DNA of 64,000 bases from Geosiphon pyriformis uo1 (taxonomy: Eukaryota; Fungi; Glomeromycota): contig JAAOMT010000572.1 in the NCBI GenBank assembly GCA_016748015.1, forward strand, positions 1-64,000. The letters are read 5' to 3'. Below, piece after piece: positions 12,319-24,200 of this stretch (position 1 is its first letter; every line of letters starts with the position of its first letter). A model generated the notes under the pieces. The model saw nothing but the letters and a program-made list of their open reading frames with translations, did not search any database and was not told where the DNA came from. Made by a program: the position numbers and the translations under genes.

Positions 12319-15300
12319 ATAACAACTATTCAAAAGTGGTAAAATCAGAAATAATAGGAACAAGCCATTTAGGATTCACCAAATTCTTATTTCAACATTA
12401 TTGTCAATACTTGAAATTAACCAGCAATTAGAATCAACTTTTAATTTCTACATTAACAAAAAAATTTTATTGTACTTAGGAAAATCAATAGATACTAAAT
12501 TCACAAGGGAAAATTTCTACAATAAATTAATTCAAAACACCAGTTTATCAGTAATTCACAATTTCGCATTAATTATTATGGAAATCAATCAAGAAATTGA
12601 AAATTACACTCAACAAAGATACCTAATTATTTATGCAAACAAGAGTAAAAAAAAACTACAAACCTCAGCAATAACTCTTCAAAGAATACAACCACCTACT
12701 TGAAAAAAACCAAGAGTTGAGTCATCAATCCATCTATTATATTACTATATACTTGAAAATACCATCAATATTTTATCAGCAGGTGCATCTACATCAAATA
12801 CAAAAACATCAGTAGCTCAAATCCTATTCCAAAATAAACAATCAAAAGTTGATCTATTAGGAACATATGGTAAGTATTTTAAAGGATTTAAATTGTAATC
12901 ATCTATGCTATTAAGATTTTAATTACTATTATATTAACTCAATTTTGGAACAATTAGTCTTTGGAAATTAATGGAATTAGAGGAAGAGGAAGATAACAAT
13001 TAAGAATTTAATTATCAAAACCTGATTCTAGAAATTCCAAAAAACCAAACTCTGATTGTTCTAATCCAGCAAAATCAGAACAATTCAAACTTTGCCATTA
13101 TTAATTAACCAAACTTACTTCCAAAAATCATAATTAATTCACCAATTGTACTATTTGTTATATAACTTTAACCACAATCACAATCTCAACAACAACCAAA
13201 CCTACTACAATAATTGATTACAGTACCAATAGCCTATGCACCAATCACCAAACTGGAAAAATTTACTGGCAAAGAGGATAATGCACAAACATGGCTAAAC
13301 AATATAGAAAAAGCCATTGCAGCCAATGGATAAAATGATGTCAGAACACTATAAGCCATTCTATACTTTTTTCAGGATACAATTGACTTGTAGTATCAAA
13401 GCTTGGCAAATAAACTTCAAGATCTCAAAAAATTTAAACTTGAATCCCTAAGATATTTTAGTAACAATAACAGTATCAACCACCTAACTAATACTTTTAC
13501 AACTATTAAAAAAGGTAATATTAAAGCAATTACCACCTATTTGGAACACTTTTACTGGACTTTGCACCAAATCCAAGCAATTAATGCAGCCTACTTCACA
13601 GAACTACAGATTCTAAACCAGTTTATTCATGATTTATGCAGTAGCATTTTACAATGCATATGCCCATTACATCCAGACAATTTTTAAACTGCTATTACTT
13701 ATGCCAGAGATTTTGAATCAGCTAAACTTGAAGCCAACTATGCTCAAACTGTAAATTTAGTAATGAACAGATTATCTGAATTGGATTCCAAATTGAAACA
13801 ATTTAATAATTCAATCAACCAGAAATTAGAAGAATACTTAGTTAACAATTAAGCCATTTATCTATTTCTACAATGATATAATAATCAAGAAAACTCAAAC
13901 TATTTCCAAAATCAGTCATGTTTTTTATTGTCAAACAATTAACTATAACAGCCAGAAATACACATTTGCCACAATTGTAGTAAACAAGATCACATCAGAA
14001 TTGACTACTGTTATAATGAGAATTCATGATTAAAAAATTAATATCAAAACTCCAATTGCTGGTTTCAAACTCCGAATTACTTACTAAATCAAGATTAATA
14101 TCAACCCTATTACTCACAAATAACATAACAATCAATATACATATTTCCAATCTATCAAATACCAGCCCCAGTCATTTATTAACTATAGTCACCAGTAATT
14201 TATCAACAATCATCTATTCCAATACTGCTACAAAATTCAGCTCAAATGTCATTTAGAAATCTAAGACCAAGAATTACTTACATCCAACAAAATTGGCAAT
14301 TGGTAATGATAATACATTAACCAATTTCCAGTTTTTTATAACAGCCAGCAGGATCATGCCAGTGAAGTTTGGAAACTGAATACAACCAAAACCCAAATTC
14401 CCAGAACTATTTAAGTCTCTTGGTTATCTCAACAAATAACTTACCCAATAACTTAGAAACCAACAAAAAATTATCTTTCAACAATATATTATCAATAACT
14501 GTTATCAATAATAAATTATTGGCTGTCATTTTTTCTTTTAAATTAGAGAAACCAGTTGAAATGCCACTATTCAGTAAAGCTGTTCTTAAATCAAAACCCA
14601 TTACTGTAATGTATACAAATGTCAAAGTTGATGGTCAGTTTATTAAATTAATCCTAAACAGTGGATCAGTCAACAGTATTATTACATAACAATTCATAGA
14701 CCAATTAAGTTATCAGGTTGATCACACTACCAGTGCCAGAATTATCACAGCTGATAGAATGACTAAAACCCCTATTGGCAAAATTGATAACTTTTCATTT
14801 GAGGTTAACAGTATTATTGCATCCATAAAAGTCCTTGTAATAGAAGCCACCTAGTATCAAGTCTTCATTGGTAATGACTGGCTAACCAAAACCAACACAG
14901 TGTTCAACTGGAACATGTAGGAGCTGCAATTCAGTTAGAACGGCTAACACACTTGAGTACCAGCCACTTGTGATTATTTCAAGATTACTATCACACCAGC
15001 ACTATTAATAAAATTTGAAAAAAAAAGAAGAAATCTATCTGAGAAGCCTACCAAGTCTCATGGGCTAATACTAATCACAACAAGTTATCACTGATTTTTT
15101 CTTAGGACAATAAAAGAAAAGAGAAAGAAGAAAATAAGCCACAAAAAAATACTAGTATTAGCAAAACCACTAGTGGTTGGAAAAAATTCTATTTGATCAA
15201 CACCAGATCAAAGCCACTATATATTTTACTCAAGTACAAGAACTGCAAGAAAAAACTGTCTTCCATAAAAGCCTGAATTGTGTCTAATAAAGATTACTGA

Positions 15301-16121
15301 ATATGTATGCACCATTACTGCAAGCCATGCTACCATAAACACTATGGCTATCCAAAAAGACAAGGAAAGTAGGACAATGAATTGTGTTTTGCTTGTGGAA
15401 AAACCCTATTCAACGAAAGAATATAGAACAACATTCCTGGTTGAGGAGAAACATGCAATGCTTCATGTCAATACACAATCCTCATAAACAACTAGATAAG
15501 TCATGGAACACTCTTTATTGCCACATAGAACTGAACAATTTCATGCTTAGACAGTTATCTACACAACAAAAATGAGATTTGGCAAATGGCTACTGCCAAA
15601 GTTAAGGTACATTACCTAATGAAATCTTGGAAATCAAAAACAATTCACTAGAACCAGTTGAAACTGTTTTTATCTCCAATTCAGATGCATTTCTTAATAT
15701 CAAAAATGACCCAGAAGAATTCCATAAACATTACCAGAATTTAGCACCAACCAGACAGGAACAAGAGCAATATTTAGAACAATTAAACACCCAACTATGT
15801 AACTATTGTTTAATATCATGTGACTTTCAGTATTACAATAATTATAACTTCATTTACAATTTACCACTACACATAATTTACATGATTCCAAAAGAAAAAA
15901 AACCAATCAGTGAAAACACTGAAGAATTAAAATCAAAAATCAATCTTAATTCAGACTCTAATAATGATAATAATAATAAAGATTCTAATTTCATTCAAAT
16001 TGGCAATGACAACAGTGCCAATTCAAACCCTAATTTAAACTCAAAACAATATATTGCACTTCTTGATCTGTCAAAAAAGCAAAAACTCAAATGGCTCAAT
16101 AATAATGATAAAGATATTATG

Positions 16122-16512
16122 CCAGAACAAATACATAACACCAATATAGGGTTTGATTTAAGATATTCAAAAAAAGATGCCATCAAATTAAAACCACATT
16201 CACACATTTGTATTAATCTGAAATTAGCACTGGAAATTCTAGCAACAACAATGGTTCAATAAGCATTTAGATCTAATTTAGCAAAAAAGAGAATCAACAT
16301 CAGAGAAGGAATAATTGATATGAGATATGTAGAAAATATTATTGCAATGCTACAAAATGACTTGAAAAAAGAATATATTATTGAACCAAATAAAAAGATA
16401 GCACAGACAATATTTTTACCTCTAGTAAAAATACCTCAGTTAATATCAATAGAAACAAGAAAAAAATTAGGGATTACAGCCAAAGAAAAAAATAGATTTG
16501 GATCCACAGATA
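16122..16512 (+). pseudogene. dUTPase domain inside element E Pol
   Basis: Eroded trimeric dUTPase motifs I-V: IGFDL, RSNL, IIDMRYVENI (GIID.GY.G), KIAQ, RFGST. Confidence 0.88.
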
Positions 16513-19402
16513 AAATAGACATACCAGTTAATATGGCAAAAAAAAAAGTTATTGACAAGAGAGAAATTATCTCCACTCATTAATCAATTTTCATTTTATC
16601 ATATGACCAGTATTCAGCAGTTATAAAAAGAAAAATAAGAAATCAACTCCAAATCTTTGAAGCAAAAGTTACTATTTGTGAATTAAAAGAAATTGCTATC
16701 ACCAATTTTTATATACCAGTTAGAAATTACAAACACATCAAAATTCTCATCTACAATACAACTGGAAACATCATCAAAATACTAAGTAGAATTACTATTG
16801 GATATTTAAGCACTGAAATTAAAGACCAACCACCAAATACTATTCCATATTTTCCACAACTGTGCAGATATGTGGATATTACATCATAAACAATATATGG
16901 ATAAAAAGAATGTTATTTGCTCTAACTAAAACAATTGGAACAAATAAACTTAGAAAATCTAAACCCAAGAAATGCAACTTAAGATGTTGCTCAACAATTT
17001 TATTAATATTTTTGCAAGTAAAAACAAATTTGGTAGAATTGACATTATTCAACACTGGATTAAGATTGAAGATGCAATGTCAATTAAACAAAGAGCATAC
17101 AGAGTACTATCAGCAAGCCATAAAATCATCCAACAAGAAATCAACCAGATGTTGAATAATGGGCTAATTCAATTATCAATGAGTTCATAGTCATTACCAG
17201 TAATATTAATTCACAAGAAAAATAAAAAAATTCACTTTTGTGTGGATTACAGAAAGCTCAATAGTGTTACTTATGGAAACAGCTATCTAACTCCATAAAT
17301 TCAGGAATTATTTGATGCTTTTGGAAGAAAAAAATGGTTTTTTACTTTGGATTTAGATAGTGATTACTGGCAAGTAGCCATGAAACCAGAAGACAAAAAG
17401 AAAACTGTGTTTATTATAAGAGAAGAGAATTTCAAATTTGAAGTGATACCATTCAGCTTAACCAATATTCCAGCCATTTTCCAATGACTAATGGAAATTG
17501 TTTATACTAGACTGTTGTGGAAATTAGTAGTTGTTTATCTAAATAACATCAATGTATTTTCAAAAACATTCGATAATCATCTTCATCATCTACAACAAGT
17601 GTTTGAAAGACTAAGATAAGCAGGGCTAAAATTAAATGCTACCAAATGCTTCTTTGGCAAAACAGAATTGAAATTTTTGGGACATATTATAAGCAAAAAT
17701 GGCATCAAAACAGATCCAAATAAAATTGAGATAATCAAGAACTTTCCAGTACCAACAAATTTAATAGAACTATGAACATTCTTGAAATTTGCCAGATACT
17801 ACTACCATTTTATCCAGAATTTCTCAAAAATAACTCAATTACTCTACCAGCTCCAAGCCAAAAATATAAAATATGAATAGACAGAAACTCAGCAAGAAGT
17901 TTTTGATATACTAAAAAGAAAACTTATTCAAGCACCAATATTGATTTATTCAAATTACAGTAAGTTATTTATTATTACAATTAATGTATCTAGTTAAGCA
18001 TTAGAAGCAGTACTATCACAGAAAGAACCAGATAAAAGAAAATATTCAGTAGTATATACTAGTTACAACTTAAGTTCAGCTAAAAAAAACTATGGAACAT
18101 CAGCACTAAAACACTTAGCTATTTATTGGGCAGTCATAAAATAGAAGGAATATTTAAGCCAGAAATTTGACATATACACTGATTACAAGGGATTGACATT
18201 AATTCAGAAACAAAAATTTAGAGATGACTATCATGTGAGATAAAAAATAGAACTTTTACCATTCAAATATACTGTATATTATAAAAATAGAAAAAAATAG
18301 AAATGCTGATGGTTTATTATAAATAAAACAAATCTAAGAACATTTTAATCCAAAAACATAACAAAAGATAAATACACAAAAATATCAACAACTACAATAT
18401 TATATTAATACTCAACAATTCAAGGAGAAATTATCTCAAAAAAAACAAAACAATATAAAACAACAAGCAAAATATTTTATTACTTACCAAATATATTATA
18501 CTGGAAAACAGAAAAAATTCAGATCAGTCATTCAGAGTAATTATAAAACCAGAAAAAAAACAATACTATACAACATGCACTCAAATCTGACAACAGAACA
18601 TTTTTATAAAGAAACAATCATAAAAAAAACCAGAAAGAGATATTATTGGCCATTAATGTATTTAGACATCATCTAATATGTTCAAAATTATGATGCTTGT
18701 TAAAGAAGAAGAGAAACAAGACCCAGTGAACCACTAAGACCAATTAAAATAGAACAACCATTTGATAAAATTGGAATTGACTTAGTCAGACCATTAATGA
18801 TAACCAGTAAAGACAACTATTATATAGCAATAGCCATAGACTATCTCACAAAATGGCCAGAGACAAAAGCAATTCAAAGAGCAAATGCAGAATTTATAGC
18901 CAAATTTGTTTATCAAGATTTAATTTGTCAACATAGATGTTTAAAAGAATTGTTATCAGATCAAAGAACTTATTTTGTAAACAGAACACTAATAAAATTA
19001 AGCCAAAGATTTAGAATTAAAAGACCATTATTATCATTATATCATCCACAAACAAATAATTTAGTGGAAAGATTCAACAGAATATTGTGTGAAGCAATAA
19101 CCAAAATTAGTCAAAAAAACCAGAATGAATGGAACTTGTTTATATTATTAGTACTATTTGCTTATTGAACAATGAAACAAGATACCATATAAGTAACACC
19201 ATTTGAATTTGTTTATAGTAGAACAACAATATTACTAGTTGAGATAAACATTAAAACATATTCAATAAAACTAATAACAGAAGGAAATTTACAAATAAAA
19301 TTGCTGAAAAGAACATACAAACTAATGAAAATTCTAGAAAATAAAAGATGAAGAGCAGTTAATAACATTTAGAAATCACAAAAAAAACAACATGATAACC
19401 AG

Positions 19403-20085
19403 TGTTACGGTTTAAGAATTTAGCAAAAAGAATCATAAAAATAATACAAACTATTCAATCATAATATAGCACAGTAATAATCTTAGAAAGGTAATGATTA
19501 ACATAGTAGCAAACACCATCTCGCGATAGTGGCAAGCACCAGTTCACAATAGCAGCCAACACCAACTGGTGATAGCAGCAAGCACCAGGTTGAAATATCA
19601 AAAAGAAAGTATTTTCTCGTAGAACTACAAACATGTATATATACAGTNNNNNNNNNNNNNNNNNNNNTATTTATTGAATGAAACTATCATTCATCAACTG
19701 AATCCCTTGGAAGAATAATCCTTGATCAAGATTATTCACATTGTTACTAATTGATAAAAGCTTTATTGTGAGAATTAGAAAAGCGCTAAAGACCATTAAC
19801 ATTCTGTGTTTCTAGATTAGAGAAACACATCAGGCAATTGCAAAGATAGCCTCAGAGAAGACCCCAGACAGTGGGTAGATTTCAGTTCAGCCTCTGAGAA
19901 GGAGTACATAAACACACACAACAATCAAGAATTAAAGAATAACTTACATCGCAACAGTAAAAAGAAAGCCTTCAGTGTAATAGTGACATTATCACACAAA
20001 TAGAATTGAGGAACTCACGAAAGACTGATTGCAATTAAAGCAGGATATCAGCAATTAAATATAACAAGAAAACCATCCCATAACA
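19403..20085 (+). repeat. LTR of a distinct family inserted in the element E integrase; 4-bp TSD CCAG; contains an assembly gap
   Basis: CCAG|TGTTACGG...ATAACA|CCAG; the integrase sequence resumes after it; four 23-bp U3 repeats at 19503-19594. Confidence 0.9.
19648..19667. other. Assembly gap (20 N)
   Basis: Run of n. Confidence 1.
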
Positions 20086-20433
20086 CCAGTTACCAGACAA
20101 ATCAGTAGAATTCAAAATTGGAGACAAAGTACTTTTACATCATACCAAAATAGAAAATTTGACCTTAAATGGAACAGATCATTTCACATAAAAAAAATTC
20201 TAGAAAATAGAGCTTATAAATTAAGATAAGACAACAAAATTTTAACCAAAGCAACACATAATAATTGACTAAAACTATATTACAATATAGCACTATCATT
20301 TACCAGTAATATTTTACAACTAAGAGTACAATAAATACTAGTTTAACCAGATGAAATTTCATAAAATTTGAAACCAATTATAATCATTGATTCAAACATA
20401 TTAAATTGATTAACTAAAAGAATATATAAAAAC

Positions 20434-21095
20434 ATGGTATATATAACAAAAGAACCAAAAAAAATAGAAATACCAAACTATATCTACACCTTAGCTCAAC
20501 AATTATTTCAGATCTTAATTCAACAACAATTGGACATGAAAATTACTATCAACCACCAAACAATTTGTTATCAAAATACCAAGCAAAAAAAAAGTACATC
20601 ATATCAGCGACCACAAAACCAACCAAGAAACTGATCAGATAAAATAATTAAAAAAGTAAAAAACACTTTTGGAAAAATACCCATCATGGTTTCAACAAAA
20701 GAACTTTTAAAAGAAAATTGGAAATAGTAGATATAATAATTTCCAATACCATACTGTTACTATTAATTGAGACAAAATTTGGATATTTAGAAGTTATATT
20801 TCAATAAAGCCAAAAAAATATTTAATTAAAAAATAATACAGAATATTAAAACATTATTAAAAAGAAAACAAATTTGATACTACACATTAAAACAATCTAT
20901 TGATTACACACAATATTTCAAAACTACCCAGAAATATTGCTATATCTTAACATGGAAACAATAATCATTAACCAGTGGGGAAAAATAAACAACTTACAAA
21001 TTGAAGATATAAGAAGCAGAGTTAAACAAACAATATTAGAAAAAGAAGTCATAAATCTAATTCAAAATGAAGATTTTGATAGAGCTCAATATTAA
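20434..21095 (+). pseudogene. ORF3 of element E (unknown protein, ~220 aa) between integrase and PPT
   Basis: IYTLAQQLFQIL...PEILLYLNMETIIINQWGKI...FDRAQY* aligns at protein level with 10111-10832(-). Confidence 0.75.
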
Positions 21096-21274
21096 AAAAG
21101 AGGAAATAATGTTATTTATAGAAAAAACATATAAGAAAATAGTAAAAAAAACAGATAGACCAATAAGAAAATAGTAGTTAATACATAAGCATATTGCTTG
21201 AAAAATTATAGCATATTGCTTGAAAATATAAGCAATCTTATAGAATCCAAATTATATATATATAATAAGAGTGT

Positions 21275-24200
21275 TGTTACCCAAATAGAAAAACCAATCC
21301 AAAGTTATGAAAAAATATGACCAAAATGTAACATAACACAGAATAGTATGCAATAATATTGGATAATACATTATAACTTAGAATAACACCAAATAATATG
21401 TTATAACATAAGATAATTAGGAATAACATAAAAGAATAAAGCAATAACAGAAATAGCAAAGCAATAGTTAACAATAACAAAACAATTAAAAGCAATTCTG
21501 TAAAACCAAAAGAATGTATAAAAACAAGTAGTTGTAAAAATTAGAGAAAAGAAACATCTAGATACGAATCATTAGACAAAAATCAAATATTCTTATTCTT
21601 TCCATCATTTATTCTATTTCATATTTATCTTTTGAAATAAATCAATTATTGAGAAATCAGAATTACAAATTCATGTTCTCAAACTTCATAGAATTTACAT
21701 GAATTAACTATTGTTTCATATCTTTGTTTTAGAACAGATGCTTTTAGCATAACTGTCTCAAACTATTAATAATTTGGACCAGTCACTCTTGATTACGACA
21801 ATTAATAATATTAATTTATCTTTTTTTATTTTTCTTTTCTTTTATTTTTCTTTTTTTTCTTTATTTTTTCTTGTGAAGTAACAACATAGTAAAATTGGCT
21901 GTTTGAGAATAAACTTTGTAATAGTCTGGTAAAAGAGAAAAGCTTCCTCTAAGTTTTGAATATTAATATTATCTTGGTAACTTACCAGAAGGGCAAAAAG
22001 ACAATATTAGACCTTAACAATTGCACTCATTAGCTTAGAGAAAATAGCTCACATTTATAAGAAGTTGCAATCAGCAAAAGCCAAATCTTTGTGCCTTATA
22101 ACCAAAAAACTCAACAAGTAAATTTACAAACAGTAGATAAAACCTTCAGAAATTGATAATCAAGACTAAGTCAACAGAATTACATGAAACATACATTACT
22201 AATAAATAAAAGCATCAAATGTTATTATTTTCTTATTTTACCAAGTTTACTTATAACATTTGGTGCTTTTTGTGAGATTATAAATTCATAGAGACAGAGC
22301 ACCCTAAAAATTCACAAAAGTAACAATTATTAAAACAATAAAAAAGAATCACACCCTATATAGAAAAGCATTATTTCAACACTTTCGGAAAAACTTAGGA
22401 ATACTTGCAGAAACTGTTATCACAGAAAACCAATTTTGCAACTATCAGTATGCAAAAATTGACTGCTTTCTAGGCCAAATAACTAACATTAAGAAACTTA
22501 AAAAACAAATTCATCAAAAATTATTAGCTTACTCAATGAATATTACTATTCGAGCCATAGCTGAAACTCTTTGTATATTCAATAAAAACATTGAGTACTA
22601 TGTAAAAAAACACCACTCTCAAGTAAAACAATCAGCAAGGCCTGATCTTGAAGAATACAAGTTCAAACCCAATAGCACAGCAGCTGCACAAAAACAAGCT
22701 CACTCAACAATTAACAAGAAACCAAGATTTTTTTCCCAACAACTTTATTATATTATTAGATACTGAAAAGTAGAATTGTATTTAACCCAACTATAAAAAT
22801 CCAGACAGAAACACCATAAACTTCCAAAAATCAACACCCGTGGGGTTACAACAGTTGGACCAAATTCCTAGGAGAATATGGATTATTATTCAGAAACCTC
22901 ACTCTAATAATCAATAAAACAGACAGAAATATGTTAATGTAGGAACTACTACCAACCCAACTCTTGACCAAATCATCAACTACTCTCTCTGAAAAAACAG
23001 CTATCTTCCAGCCTATTGGAAAAATTAACAAAGAGAAACAACCAGAATTAGCACCAGGAGAAACCCCTAGCATGTAAACTCCAAACCCTTCAATATCAAT
23101 TAGTAAGACTCTACTTATTCACCAGATCATGGTCTACTGAGATATCACCAAATTAGAAAAATTCTCAGAAGAAGAAGACAATGCATACTTGTGAATTGTG
23201 AAAACCAAGAAAGCAATTACTGCCAACAACTGGGATGATAATAAAGTTATTTAAGTGCTGCCATTTTTTTTAACTGGAATTGCAGACTTGTGATATCAAA
23301 GTTTGATAAAAAAACCCACTGACTTTACTGCCTTTAAACTTGCCTTTCTATGATACTTTTATGACTTCAATACTCTTATCAGATTACAAAATCAATTCAG
23401 CATAATAAAACAAAAAGATCACAAAGTAGTGACTACTTATTTTGAATAATTCAACCAAGTTCTTCATCAAATACTGGTAATTGAAAGGAACTACTATACC
23501 ACAGTACAAGTTTTTAATCAATTCATTAAATGACTAAGGAGCAGTCTCTTGAGATCTATAAGACCCCAACATTCAACAAATTTACCAGATGTTATCACTC
23601 TTGATTGCAATTTTGAGTTAGCCAAGCAAAAAGCTATTAATTTAGCCATCAATAAAATCTCTAATATCAATGCAAAAATAACCCAATTAAATAAAAAATT
23701 AACTCAGAAAATTGAGAGATTCTTAATTAGTATGACAAGAACTTATTAGCCACTCCAATGAAGAAACAATAACAACAGTAGGTACTCTCAATAACAAGAA
23801 TATCAACAACAACAACAATCTTGGAAATCTGATCTCCACAATTGCTATTATTGCCAAAAATCTGAACATATTGTCTTGGATTGCTGACAAAAATTAGCAA
23901 ACCAGAATTGAGGAACTTAATACCAACACCCAAGGTATTCTCATGTAATAAAACTCTAATACCCCATGTTTCAGTATTTACTGCTCCAATATGTATAACA
24001 AATTATATATACTTAACAACTGTCTTAAAACTACTATCAGCCATTACAGCCAATAACTCAAGTAATACTACAGTATCAAAACTTTATTTATAATTTACCT
24101 AGACCTTGTATGATTAACTACAACCAAGAATAGAGAAATCCCAACAAAAATCAGATACAGACTAACAGCAAATCATTGTAACTCCTTAATTGAAGTAATG

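Larger units (their letters stand above)
11530..21274 (+). mobile_element. Gypsy element E, near full length: 5' LTR 11530-12273, PBS, gag, PR, Cys-rich region, dUTPase, RT, RNase H, IN, ORF3, PPT, interrupted 3' LTR 21110-21274
   Basis: Both LTRs start TGTTATT(C/T)ATAGAAAAA. Gag KLEKFTGKED.AQTWL, CHNCSKQDH; PR ILNSG; RT CVDYRKLN, LDLDSDYWQV; IN IDYLTKWPE, SDQ, YHPQTNNLVERFN; PPT aaaaaagaggaaataa. PR-RT-RH-IN order. Confidence 0.95.

Noticed and set aside
19503-19594. Four 23-bp units with a constant head and variable tail, superficially CRISPR-like
   Set aside because: Variable parts are only ~8 bp, the units lie inside an LTR U3, there are no cas genes, and the context is eukaryotic.
20434-21095. 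ORF3 as a retroviral env
   Set aside because: Too short, with no visible signal peptide, furin site or transmembrane segment.
21277-21495. Hydrophobic 72-aa ORF (also 2176-2373 and 11913-12152)
   Set aside because: Translations of low-complexity LTR repeats.
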